Positions 1 through 12,733 of a stretch of DNA of 64,000 bases are shown here, one piece after another. The first letter of the stretch is position 1. Each line of letters opens with the position of its first letter. The stretch spans positions 26,474,001 to 26,538,000 of the forward strand of contig OZ024754.1 of NCBI GenBank assembly GCA_964016885.1. Reading direction: 5' to 3'. This DNA comes from Eledone cirrhosa. Lineage: Eukaryota. The notes beneath the pieces were generated by a model. The model saw nothing but the letters and a program-made list of their open reading frames with translations, made no database searches and had not been told where the DNA came from. The position numbers and the translations under genes were made by a program.

Positions 1-745
1 ACCGATGGACAACTTCCAAAAGTCCCTGGCTTGGCAATGTTACCGAGGAGCTCTACCCGTTCGGGACAAGCTCTACAGACACGGGCGCCCGGGTAGGGAC
101 CCCTCGAAGAAGATCTGTCCGAGATGCGTGCGTGACGAGGAAACCGTCGCACACGCATTCGTACAATGCCCGGGAGTTGCTGACCTGTGGGGCTATGTGG
201 AACGACTACTGTCGCGGGTGGGACCAATCCGGTTGACCACCGAGAACATTGTCACGATCAAACCGCCTCCCCCTTTCAAAAACGAAGGAGAGGCGGTTTT
301 CCTCTGTGTGATAGCCATGGCAAAAGAAGTTGTATGGTGGACAAGGTTGAAAGGGCTGAGGTCAGACACCTTTCTCTCCGGCCAACAACTGGTCTTTTTT
401 TTCAAGTACCACTTTAGAAGAAGGATCAGAATGGAGAGAGAGGTGCTCTACCCCAGCAAGTTTTATGAAAGATGGGTGAAAGTAGCGAGAATGGCCCGAG
501 TGAATGGGCCTTCTCTCTATATCAGCCTGTAGGTGAGAGAGGAGAAGAATGAGAAGAGGAAGGAAGCACCCGCTCTTTGGCTCCTGAAGAGGAGGGTTGC
601 ACATTTTTTCGAGGGTGTGTGCGACCCATGTCAACGCCCCTCCCTATTGAGGACATCGATTGTTAAATTTAATTTGTTATATGTTTTTTACACGTCTTTT
701 TAAATGTCCCAATCTTTGATGCCCTGGTGGCAAATAAATAGAAAT
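1..745 (+). mobile_element. Tx1/L1-clade LINE, 3' end (ORF2 zf-RVT region plus 3' UTR); continues off the left edge
   Basis: ORF 5..532 has the C-x2-C...ETVAH..C zinc-binding motif and is near-identical to 35179-35708. The 3' UTR ends gccctggtggcaaataaa, like the copy at ~35950. Confidence 0.9.
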
Positions 746-1769
746 ATATATCAATTACCACCAATCTCACCCCTCTCCATATCTGATATACAACACACTC
801 TCTCAACCTTCCTCTCTATGTCAATTACCGCCAAACTCTCCCCCTCTCTATATCTGTATCTATCTCTCTCATCTGTCTCTACATCACATGAACATAAATT
901 GTAGCGCATATACAAATAGATGTGTGTTTTGGTAGTTTGGGGAGAAAAATATAATTATTGAGGGAGCCATGCTCTCCCCCCAGTTCCACCACCCCTGATA
1001 TACATATATAAATATATATAAGTTTCCCGCCCACAATTTAATAGCTCTTGAAGAATCTCCGTTATTCCAGCTATCGATATTTTGGCACAAAATTCTTTGC
1101 AACTTTCTTTTGGTTTTATTCCAACAAACAATGTAATCGTTAACTGAAAAACGAATCTACATTGTTGCAGGTCTTTTAGGATGTTGTCTTGCTAACTTAA
1201 GTTTGCTAGATTCGCCTAAAAGGTGGAGTATGAATAACTTTATTTTAGTGCCCACTCTACGATTTTCGCATAACTTTCGTAATAATGCATGTTTTCTACG
1301 ATGTAGATTACAGATACTGTGATGTCATTAAAAAGCAAACACTATTTTTATTTACAGAATACTTTCGAGTGGTGTTTGTAGTAAAGTAAATGTGAACTCT
1401 AAAATTTGTTCACTATACGTTCCAATTTCTTATTTTTAATGAATGTTTATCAATCAGGCTAATTTAAGAATTTTTTCAGGAATGCGATGTCATATCTATC
1501 TAGATCTAAAGTCTGTCTCAAGTCAGGCGGCTAGTCAGGGTGGTGTTTATTCCGGTCTCGTGGCGTGAAGCGACTGAGAATACAAGATCCCCCTCCCCAT
1601 CTCTTTATAGGGGCTAATAACTGGGGGAGAGGAATACTATCTGCTGGTCATAGCTCCTAGCAAAAGTGTCACCGCTTTTCTGGTGACAAGAATCGGAATT
1701 TGAACGTACAAACCCGGAACTGATGCCACAATGTGTCCCAACACTGCCAATTCATCAGGCATGGATTTG

Positions 1770-1890
1770 CATTTTATTTATCGAACATCAACATGATTTA
1801 AGTCGAAGTTAACTTCGGCAGGATTTGAAACGAGAGAGAGGCTCGGAACAAACAACGAGGCATTTAAACCAATGCACTAACGACTCTAGA
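1770..1890 (-). mobile_element. Degenerate tRNA-derived SINE (MetaSINE-like) remnant
   Basis: aagtcgaagttaacttcggcaggatttgaa resembles the better-preserved copies at 21850-22030 and 45751-45935. Confidence 0.5.
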
Positions 1891-1904
1891 AATTGGTAGC
1901 CTAT

Positions 1905-2390
1905 AACAACGCCGTCGCCACCACTGCCACCGCCTCCGTCTCCATCGCTGTTGCCAGCAACACCACCACAACAACAACTACCACCACCACCACCACCACC
2001 ACCAATAACAACAACAATACCCTCCCTACCACCACCACCACAACACAACTACTGCAACTACCACCACCACCACCACCACCACCACCACCATCAATAACAA
2101 CAACAATACCCTTCCTACCACCACCACCACAACACAACTACTGCAACTACCACCACCACCACCATCACCACCATTAATAACAACAACGCCCTTCCTACTA
2201 CCACCACCGCCACCATTACCCCCACCACTACCCCACCACCGCCACCAACACCACCAATAACAATAAAAACAACACCCCCTCCTACCACCACCATCAGCAT
2301 TACATCAGCATCAACAAAAACAACAACGACGACGACGAGAATAACAGCAGCACCAAGAACAAAACAGAAAAGAACGCCCCCCCCCCCCCT
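1905..2390. repeat. Compound (CAC)n/(CAA)n low-complexity repeat
   Basis: Direct reading; includes an internal ~100-bp degenerate duplication. Confidence 0.9.
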
Positions 2391-3028
2391 CCATATATGT
2401 TAAGCATGTAAGAATGTAACTTAAGATTGTAAATAGAACAAAGCCAGCAAACCAAACCGGAAACTATCATTTGAATATTCATCAAAGTAGATACCCTTTT
2501 GATTTTTGTGTTGTTGTTTTGGATATGGATAATAAACCCACACTGATTGTATACAGAGAAAAATAATTAGTAGATATATACCCGTAGCTGCCATAAGCTC
2601 AGCGGGTCGTTTTTGGCACACATGTTTGAGCACGAAGCTTGTCGGGGAAATGACGCTTAGATTTGTTCACATCTTTATATCTCTCCTTTTTAATAGTTCT
2701 AGAAATAGCTAAAGAGCTCTTTCAGCAAAACGAAACAATTTTCACGTGTTCTAGCTATTAATTCACTCTGCTGTACGACCTCTAATTTTGACAGCTTTGT
2801 ATATGTTTATCTGTCTATCTATTTATTAATATATTTATTTATTTATCTGGTTATTTACATCTCATCAGAAGTGGTACTTGCCGTAGATTTTTTATTCAAC
2901 ACGCGCTCATTCACACACAAACTCTCTCTCTCTCTCTCTCTCGCTCTCTCACACACACACAGACAGACATATATATACATATACATACATACACACACAT
3001 ATACATATGTGTGTGTGTGTATGTGTGC

Positions 3029-3101
<73 letters not shown>

Positions 3102-3603
3102 CTAATAAGTATAAAGACAAGTTCTATTTTACATACTTGGAATTATTGAATAGTCCAACCTTACGCACTTTTCTGAAGCACTTGCCAATTGTTACGTAAC
3201 ATCAACAAAAGCGGGCGTGTCAACATCACACAGAATTTTACAGGTAAACAAAGTGGGTGATAGTCCGAAGGACGTAGGGTGTTGATTGTCTAGAGATCGA
3301 TCGTCAAACTTCGCAAAATTCCACCTGATGAAGAAGTGCCCATCTAAGTCACAGTTACGAAACAATTCACAGGTGCCCATGAAATGCACATAATGTTTGA
3401 TATTCAATAAATTTAAGTATGGAAACATAAAACCTGTTTCATATTTATTGGAATAAAATACTCCGTTGGCTGCTAATATATGCAATACTAGACCTTCGAG
3501 AAGTACAACCGACGTGGAGTGCTTCCGACTGATTACAACAGAGTTTATTGATTGCGACGATGCAAGAGCAGCACTGGCAATTTATTAAACATTGAAATAT
3601 GAC

Positions 3604-3685
<82 letters not shown>

Positions 3686-3845
3686 AATTAGTATATCTAC
3701 CAACATATGTATACAGATGTATACCTATACTAGCAAATATATGTTATGTCTTAGTAACTTTGTGGTTCTATGCAAGGGGATGCAGAACAATTATATGAAA
3801 GACGTAAAATAAGAAAATTATTAAAATTAACTTACTAAAATTTTC

Positions 3846-3927
3846 ACTCCAACTGATTAGTTTCTGTAAGGGAATAAATATAGTTACGCAACGCAACCAT
3901 AGAGAAATCCTTACGTCATCAGGGAGT
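3846..3927 (-). ncRNA. Type I hammerhead ribozyme (mirror copy in left arm)
   Basis: Reverse strand reads actcc CTGATGA cgtaagg...ccttaca GAAA ctaatcag TT ggagt. Confidence 0.75.
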
Positions 3928-3997
3928 CTATTCACTGAATTATTTTTATATGAGTTCCTTGTGTCCACGCATTGCCTGGGAACTTAGCTGAGAATAG

Positions 3998-4079
3998 ACT
4001 CCCTGATGACGTAAGGATTTCTCTATGGTTGCGTTGCATAACTATATTTATTCCCTTACAGAAACTAATTAGTTGGAGT
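3998..4079 (+). ncRNA. Type I hammerhead ribozyme, extended stem II, palindromic stem III
   Basis: Stem I actcc/ggagt; core CTGATGA 4003-4009; stem II gtaagg/ccttac; GAAA 4061-4064; stem III ctaattag; GUU cleavage triplet. Confidence 0.8.
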
Positions 4080-4132
4080 GAAAATTTTAGTAAGTAAGTT
4101 AATTTTAATAATTTTCTTATTTTACGTCTTTC

Positions 4133-4165
<33 letters not shown>

Positions 4166-4174
4166 CGTATATAT

Positions 4175-4618
4175 AAATTTGGTCGTTTTTGAAGCCTCAT
4201 CACTGCAGATGGCTAAATCTCCCGTAACAGAATCCGGTGGTGAAGAGAGAGATGCAAGAGGAAATGTAGAATGAGATGTATAGTGTGTAGAGGAACGTAG
4301 GAACGAGCGTAAAAATAAAAATAATAACACGAGATAGAGTAACCTTGGGAGAGATTTAATTGTCCCTATATTTCGGATTTCGCATCCATCAAAGGCGGAC
4401 AACAGAGGCCACGTACCGTTCCTCTCCGACAGATAACTTTCCCCCTCGGAAAACCCCCCAGTTGATGGATGCGAAATCCGAAATATAGGGACAATTAAAT
4501 CTCTCCCAAGGTAACTCTATCTCGTGTTATTATTTTTATTTTTACACTCTTTCCTACGTTCCTTTACACACTATACATCTCATTCTACATTTCCTCTTAC
4601 ATCTCTCTCTTCACCACC

Positions 4619-4619
<1 letters not shown>
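4175..4619. mobile_element. Fold-back element (arms 4235-4392 / 4462-4619)
   Basis: 158-bp inverted arms with a few mismatches, 69-bp spacer and a one-sided tail; the right arm is flush with (TA)n. Confidence 0.8.
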
Positions 4620-4687
<68 letters not shown>

Positions 4688-5152
4688 GTCGGGTATCAGC
4701 TGTAATTAAAATCGAGTGAAATAGCATTTTACGAAGTGGTTTTTAGACACACCGGACTAATGAAACATCTGTTAATACTTTGAATAAACCCTATTGTACA
4801 ACCGATCCGCGTTATTTTCCCTTCAGTTACTATATATATATATATATATATGTGTGTGTCCGCATGTATCTGTGTGTTTCTAAATATATTAATAACTCCC
4901 TCTGGTCGAGCAATCTTTGAGGTGTGGGGACAACTGGAAAGCTTCCATTACTCATACTTCTCGCCTTCTTCACTACCTCTTCTGCGGCCTCGATATGAAT
5001 ACCCCCTCCGCCTCCGTGGTATTTTCTTCGTGGTTATAAGAGGCTTAGCTCTGTTTCTCGACCGTTATATCGCGTGACTATCTCCCCCTCCGCCTTTTGG
5101 GATTCTTTCTCACGTCGTGTAGACGCGTTCTTGAGACTAGTAAAATGAGGTA

Positions 5153-5240
5153 TCCTCTTGATAAGTCGGCAGACCTCGCAAGGACTCTATATCTTTGATA
5201 TATTGTTTTTGTTTATGCCACGAAACTACGTAGTCGAGGA
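5153..5240 (+). ncRNA. Type I hammerhead-like ribozyme with variant core (UUGAUAA)
   Basis: tcctc TTGATAA gtcggca...tgccac GAAA ctacgtag TC gagga: complementary stems I and II, palindromic stem III, GUC site. Confidence 0.65.
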
Positions 5241-5467
5241 ATTTAGGAGCAGTTTAGGTATGATACATTTTATTACTAATTATATCTAAATGTTTCTTCT
5301 CTCTTCATAATGTATTTTTAACTCTGATACTGGTTCAGTCTAGTTCAACTGAATTGGTCTGTCCCAGTCATTCATTGAGCAACATCGGTGAAGTTGGCAC
5401 TCTTAACTCACAGTTGGGTGCGGATGCATTCATGTATATATGTGTGTGTCCGCATGTATCTGTGTGT

Positions 5468-5518
<51 letters not shown>

Positions 5519-5523
<5 letters not shown>

Positions 5524-5770
5524 AGTAAGTACGTTTTGAAGCAGTGAGCGAGTTTGAAATTAGAAAATATATAGCTTTCACCGTATTTTTAACTAAAGGA
5601 ATCTTAGCTTGATAACATTTTGTGTTGATAACGGGGTTTAGAACCCTCAGATAAATGGAAAAATATGAGTATTGACGTCAATACTCATCTTTTTCCATTT
5701 ATCTGAGGGTTCTAAACCCCGTTATCAAGCTAAAATTCCTTTAGTTAAAAATACGGTGAAAGCTATATAT
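5519..5770. mobile_element. Spacer-less palindromic fold-back element centred on TGAC/GTCA (5676/5677)
   Basis: ~95-bp arms (the left arm has a ~16-bp insertion), short one-sided tail, (TA)n both sides. Confidence 0.75.
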
Positions 5771-6037
5771 ATATATATATATACATTCATATACAGCATG
5801 GGCCATAATTCATGACTCACGTGATTATTTATAGATCTATTAACACAAAATGTTATAAAACAAGTTAAGGAATATAATACCATATACAGGTATAAGATCA
5901 TGAACAAGATACAGCAAGCACACAAATATACACATTTAATTAATGCGCTGCTTAGTTAAATGTGAAGAAATATAACTAAGAAGCGATTCATGAATTCTGG
6001 TCCACCCTGTATATATATATATATATATATAAATATA

Positions 6038-6915
6038 AATGCAGTTTAATGCTGGAAAATTTCAAGCCCTACGATACCAATCTGCAAACACAAATACAAT
6101 ACAACACAACTACACCGGACCTGGAGGGATCGAAATCCCCGTGTCGAAATCGATACTAGACCTGCGGATAGACATGAGCGATGATGCATCTTTTTCTTCA
6201 CATATCATGAGGGTGGCGACAATGTGCAGGCGACTCGCTGGCTGGATTTTGAGGACTTTCCGGAGAAGAGGCCGATAGACGATGTTGATGCTATGGAGGA
6301 CATTTGTCCTAAGCCGCCTGGACTACTGCTCCCAGCTGTGGTCACCCCTGAGTATCAAACTAACCACGGAGCTTGAGGCAATCCAACGAAGTTACACCAA
6401 GAGGATTGCCACAATGAAGGAGATAAACTACTGAGAGAGGTAAAAAGAACTGAAACTCTACTCCTTGGAACGAAGACGGGAGAGATACGCAGTGATATAC
6501 ATATGAAAATTCCTGGAGGGACTAGCACCAAACTTTGGCATTGAGAGCTGGACCAACTCTCGAAAAGGACGTCACTGCGTGGTGCCAAAGATCCCGTCTT
6601 TCACGTCTAGAATAAGGAGCAGGTATTGCAATAGCCTACGGTTCAAAGGCCTTCAACTCTTCAACAAGCTGCCAAGAAATTTGAGAGATCTGCATAGTGT
6701 GGTCGAGGATGTTTTCAAGAAACATCTTGACACTCTGCTATCGAGGATCCCTGATAAGCCCACAGCATGGTACAAAGGTAACCTAAGGGCAGCAGCAACA
6801 AACTCCCTCTTACACCAATGGCCAGCCAACACAGGCTGGAGATAGAATGTGTTGCAACAAGGGCGGTGCCCCAGCATGGCCTCAGTCTGATAGCTGCAAC
6901 ATGTAAAAGGTTAAA
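6038..6915 (+). mobile_element. CR1/L2-group LINE, 5'-truncated, degenerate (RT C-terminus)
   Basis: Reading through stops gives MQFNAGKFQAL, LDYCSQLWSP, LEAIQR and LKLYSLERRRER, typical of CR1-group ORF2 ends. Confidence 0.85.
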
Positions 6916-6929
6916 TGGGATATATATAT

Positions 6930-7001
<72 letters not shown>

Positions 7002-7052
7002 GGGATATATATATATATATATATATATAATGGGATATATATATATATATAT

Positions 7053-7222
7053 AGTAATAATAATAAATTTGAAGACTAAAATCCAAAGAGGGCTCGATAA
7101 GGATAAATATATATCAAATATATAAAAACCGTAGAGCGTTCACGGATTGATATTTTTAGTTTCAGAAGATACCGTTAAGGGTGAAAGCAGCGATTCTTTG
7201 CTTAAACTTTAATCTGTTATTG

Positions 7223-7225
<3 letters not shown>
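7053..7225. mobile_element. Internally deleted derivative of the PLE at 56394-58265 (tail plus pLTR end only)
   Basis: 7053-7139 matches 56394-56478 and 7140-7225 matches ~58180-58265; both ends lie in (TA)n. Confidence 0.8.
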
Positions 7226-7268
<43 letters not shown>

Positions 7269-7365
7269 GTTAATTGTTTAAGCGTCAGTCATACAAAAGT
7301 GAGTTACAAACGAAACGAAGTTTAATTTCGTTTCGTTATTTGTTTTTATATATATATATATATAT

Positions 7366-7430
<65 letters not shown>

Positions 7431-9054
7431 TACCACACATATATATATAGAATAGATTACTGATGTAGTTAGTTTTAAAATATCTCGTTCTTAGTGGTTA
7501 GATATTTACTGGGGGGGATCTTTTGCTTAGGCAAGGCTAGCACCGCTTAGTTCCTTTGGTATTTATATATATATAATTTTGAAAACATTGATAGGTTTCG
7601 ACGAGTTTTGTCCCAGACCAGGGCTAACTTAATAGCACCCCTTGGCGAACTCTCTCATATCATTATTTACACTTCAGTCATGTTTTGGGCACCATGGCCC
7701 AAGTTATTGTCTACGGAGAGATATCCGGGTGTAGGGTCTTTATTCAGAGGTTACAGGTAAACAGAGTTGGCGATATGATAGTCTGCTGCCTTGTGTATCT
7801 GTACGAATATACACACGTTTTTGTATGTGTACAAATTTTTCATGTGAAAATAACGTATATTTTTTCAAGATATTTTTGTGCTTGTGTAATGGTGAAGTTG
7901 GTCTGGAAACTGTTATTAGAAAAGTAAAGGTGTTTTTAGATAAAACCCCAACTTTCATCTAAAAACACATTAATTAGGATTAGAAGTTCAACGAACGAAA
8001 AGTGTCAGAAAATCTGCATTTGAAATGAAAACAAGAAAACATTTGTGTATTCCTGCGGTTGTCAGTGTCTTATCGTACACACACACACCGAAGAAAAATG
8101 AGTTGCTATGACACTGGTTCCAAGCTGTATCGGTCTTCGACAAGCCCATGTCCATTCACGTTCGAATAAGGAGAATAGAGGGCTTAAAGTAGAATAAGTC
8201 CTATGATGCAGTTTCAACTATGGATTGAAATCGTATCGAAGACTCAGTTTGTTGAGAGCTGAAAGACGCAATCTATAATGTTCAACTAGTTTTGAAAATA
8301 ATCAACAATTTGGAGGTATTTAGTAATATAACTAACTTTCTCATTATTTCTTTGATGTTTCCAATGCAGCTTGATATTTTCTAACATAAAATTATGATGG
8401 AAGGTTTTTAGATAAATATAAATACTGTAAAACAAATAGCTTTTTATTGTAAAATTAGGAGCTGGTTTCAAACGGTTTAGTATCAAAATTCTTTATCATA
8501 CTTTAATAATGAACAAACGATAATAGTAAGGGAGCCCCATGTAAAACATGAACAAAGTAAATGTTATGATGAAGGCAGAGTTAATTGAGTACAGAGAACA
8601 GGGAAAGACATATGTGACTGGATATAGTGTGCTTATGGTGACGAAAGTGACAGTGGAAGAGTGAGAAAGACACGAGTCACTGTGTAGAGTAAATATGACG
8701 GAGGTTGTGACTAGGAGAAAAAGAGACAAACACATGGCTGACGGTATAGAGTAAATGTTATGATGGCGGTAATGGCAGTAGATCACAAAGAATGACACAT
8801 GTGGCTGTTTAGAGTAAATGTTATGATGAAGTAAATGGGATGGAGGAAGACAAAGAAAGACATGAGTGAATGGATGGAATAAATTGTCTTGTTAAGCGAG
8901 CAACCATTTATTTTCGTCTAGCTTTCACTATTTATTGAATTGTAAAGACTGTTTCAGACAGTTTTAATAAAGTGAGATTTAATGATATACAGACACATGT
9001 AGAAAACACACACATATATATCTTTGCACATACGTACTAATGCATATATATATA

Positions 9055-9124
<70 letters not shown>

Positions 9125-9131
9125 TTATATG

Positions 9132-9204
<73 letters not shown>

Positions 9205-9479
9205 TTATGTGTGTGTGTGAATCATATAATTATTTATATATATATATTTTCCTCCATATGCAATAGCGTGCATTATAAACGTCTGCTGTAATGAAATTTA
9301 TCGTCTGAACGTTTGAAATTATCCTAACAGCTGCAGCCGACAGGTTTTCACTTAAAGTTCTCCTGTATAATAATTACAGTATTATTAATCGCCATTGTAG
9401 AGTTCTCCAGGAAACCGATTTATTTAACTAATTGTAAGTGTCACACCCTCTCAATTTCAGTTTCCTTCCCTCATAAAGT

Positions 9480-9715
9480 TTATGCTTTTGGAATCATTAT
9501 TACTGAAACATCAAGCCAGTGAAGGATGAGGGAGGTCTTTAAGGGGGTCGATCTATCAGCTAGATGTAGCAGCCACATCTACCAAATATAACGTAAATAA
9601 AAAAAGTGCATATTAGATATTGTTGTGCTAGATAGCCTTAAAATGACCGATGCTCATGGAGTGGAATGTCTTTGATCATAGGTTTGCACGATCATGGACG
9701 ACCAGGGCCTAAACA
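9480..9715 (+). mobile_element. SINE 3' portion ending in a (CAT)n tail
   Basis: ...ggaatgtctttgatcataggtttgcacgatcatggacgaccagggcctaaacatcatc resembles cephalopod SINE tails (from recall, not searched). Confidence 0.5.
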
Positions 9716-10879
9716 TCATCATCCTCTTCGTCATCATCATCATCCTCATCATCCTCATCATCACCATCATCACCATCACCACCACCACCACCAAAGTTAA
9801 ATAACATGGTCGCAAATCTATTTCTAAGAGATGAACGGCCACGTGTCTTAGTAGTGAAATCGTTTTCAGTTTTAGCTGCCATTACCAACACCTCAAGGGA
9901 CGGCATTTTATGAGAGGAGGTGGAAAAGCTTTTATCTTTTTACTTAGATTCTTTCCCACATTATATTGTCTATTAAAACATTACGGTTGGCTACATCCCA
10001 TGTGTATGTCTAATTATGCCGGACATTTTATCGTTCAATAATTCAAATTGAAATAAGAGTTCTTCATAAACTTAGTTTGGTTAAATACAAGACACATCTT
10101 ACATCCCAATTCACATAGTTTCTACAACCCATCATTCGATGCATTGTTATAGATTAAGAAATATTTAGGATCGAATAAGATAATGACTAGGAGAGGATTA
10201 CTTTTTTACTTCAACTGTAGTACTCTTGCTCTCTTAGCTTTCCTCTGACACAATGATTCTCAAACTGGAAGCATATGGCTTCCAGTGGAGGAATTTTAAT
10301 CAAGGGAGGACTTGTAGGGGTATATAGGCTAGAAGAGGAAAGAAAAATGTACATTGTATATATATGAGATAAAATAACAATGCCCACAACTATAAAGGTG
10401 ATTGGTATAACATGCCTGATAAGGAATTTTTTCATCTCAGTGAAAGTGGCTTGACACTGATCAATGACTATAGAACTAGCCTTTACTCAACATATTAACA
10501 GCAACGTCTGTTAACTATTGTTAGCCCTAATAACAATAATGTTTTTGTTACTATCAATGCTAATGATAGAGTCAACTGACACTGCCTAGTTACTCCTGTA
10601 TAAAGTCACATGTCTTTGTTATGAATTTATAAAACCTAGATTTCTCTTTTGTCACACGTCTTCTCTCTATATATAAACGTGTGAATGTAAACTTGGTTAA
10701 ACTTTGAGAAGCTGATATGTCATAGTGCTGATGCAAAATATTGGAATTGGAAATCTCCGACAAAAAATACATTGGATTAGCGGTTCTAGATATGCTCACC
10801 TACATATTAACGAAACACGTGTCGGTTATATAATAAATGTTAATCCTTCAATTGCAAAATTGTGTATTCACGTGATTTA

Positions 10880-10977
<98 letters not shown>

Positions 10978-11189
10978 CATATATATAAATATCTATGTAA
11001 ATCCACACACGCAAATAAACAAATAATACATATACACGCATACCCATATATACACGTACATCCCATACATCCACACACACACCCACCCCCACACACACGT
11101 ACATACACATACACATACAGGCATACCCCCCCCCCACATATATATATATATACGTACAAGGAAGTATACGTACCTTCACAAACATACGG

Positions 11190-11880
11190 GTAAGGTATAC
11201 TTACCTAAACAAATAAATAATGGTATAAATATAAAATATACTTAGCTACCACATCAATTGTATTGTTCGTACCATCCATTAGGGTATAATGTGGGGCTGT
11301 AATACAGGAAAGTTTTATGCAATTTGTGCTTACAAGCCGAAATTGCCCCAGATTTTTGTTTAAGATGTGATCATTGGCGTAGAGTATTTCCAGGGTCTCA
11401 GCGGCGCAAAGATCGCATGGTCTTTTATTTTCGGTATACACTCGAGCTTTAGCTAGGATCTCCCAGTATAAACTATATTTGGTGTGGTTGTCTTTTAGAC
11501 TCCAGATATAAGCTGAAAGGGACGTCATATTCCTTCTTAAAGGGTTAAGAAAAGAATGGGCATGCATGTAAAGACGCTGCTTGAATCTATTGGCAGTTTA
11601 CCCAATGTAGGTCCTACTAGACGTGGGTGTGTCGACCTTACATTTGTAGACAATGTTACTGGAGAGGCATTTCCCGGATAGAGGGCAGTCAACCCGATTC
11701 CTACAATTACAGTTAGTACTAGCTACAGGGTTACACATGTTACTACGGCTAGGTAATTTAGCTAAATTTGAAGTAGTGATGTTATGTGCAAAGGTCCCCT
11801 CAGCACATAAATATAATAACATTTTTAATAGAAATACCGTTAAAATATCTTGATCCACGACTCCTAACTTTGCACATAAC
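11190..11880 (-). mobile_element. Penelope-like element fragment, GIY-YIG endonuclease (Naiad-like)
   Basis: CNCRNRVDCPLSGKCLSSNIVYKC..YIG, TSLSAYIWSLK and CDLCAAE; same family as 56680-57270. Confidence 0.85.
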
Positions 11881-12096
11881 ATCATTTTTTATTTTTACTA
11901 TATATATATATATATACAGTAAATATATATAAATATATATATATATAATTGTATATGGCTCTGATCTATTTTGTACGAATATGAATAAATCAACATTTAT
12001 GTGTGTGAGTGTGTGTGCCTATGTACGTATGTATGTATGTATGTATGTATGTATGTATGTATGTATGTATGTATGTATGTATGTATGTATGTATGT

Positions 12097-12702
12097 CAGG
12101 TCACCAGTTGGTGCTACTGGTAACATGTATCCCAGTACAACCTGTCTCATGGTCGGGTCGTTGGCGACTAAACTGGCAACCCCACCAAGGTTTCTTGGTG
12201 AGGAGGGTGACTTTGGACATCCTGCAGGACTAAAAACAAAACCTGTCAAAGAGCAAAAGAGCTCTTAAGAGTCAATGGCCATCCAAAATCACCGGGAGAG
12301 ATGACCCCTTAGCCTTTGTCAAGGCAGAATTCTAGGAGAAGGAAAACTCTGATATAACACCTGCAACCCTGATGGTATCCAATGATGTTGACTTGTTCTT
12401 CTTTTTGGTAAATATCATCTTGGTTAAGAGAGTGGGACTGGCTTTGTGCAGTGCCTTTGCTCACTATAAAAGCTTCACGGCACAGGCATTGCTTTATATC
12501 TGGAGATCTCTCTGCACTTGTCCTCACATGGTACCATGGGCCCAGCACTATGTGTCAATAATTGTCACAAGTGTAGTGTTTGTACCAGAGTTTTCAAGTC
12601 GCTGGCTGGACTAAAAAGTCACACTCGTTCAGCGCTTCGGTAGGGGTTCTCCTACATGGATATAAAGTAGTGGCCGTACTCGAAAACGAGTTGGCAGCCA
12701 CC
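12097..12702 (+). mobile_element. RTE-derived bipartite non-autonomous element, copy 1
   Basis: RTE 5'UTR-like ggagaaggaaaactctga motif plus a 3' C2H2-like remnant (CSVCTRVFKSLAGLKSH); ends gcagccacc(atgt)n; near-identical to 17242-17792. Confidence 0.7.
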
Positions 12703-12733
12703 ATGTATGTATGTATGTATGTATGTATGTATG

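Larger units (their letters stand above)
3682..4137. mobile_element. Non-autonomous PLE-type fold-back element (arms 3792-3933 / 3992-4137) with a hammerhead in each arm
   Basis: ~142-bp inverted arms, 58-bp spacer and a ~110-bp one-sided tail, bounded by (TA)n on both sides. Confidence 0.8.

Noticed and set aside
3322-3375. CTGATGA...GAAA caattc hammerhead candidate
   Set aside because: No UH cleavage triplet and weak stem II; at best heavily decayed.
3792-4619. Fold-backs as DNA-transposon MITEs
   Set aside because: One-sided tails, variable spacers, embedded hammerheads and PLE-coding relatives fit retroelement products better.
10812-10830. GAAA cacgtg TC motif (also at 46258-46270)
   Set aside because: Only the 3' half of a hammerhead; no matching core and stem I found.
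11598-11885. Selenocysteine recoding as reported for some Naiad PLEs
   Set aside because: The conserved Cys positions I checked here and at 56820-57140 are not TGA.
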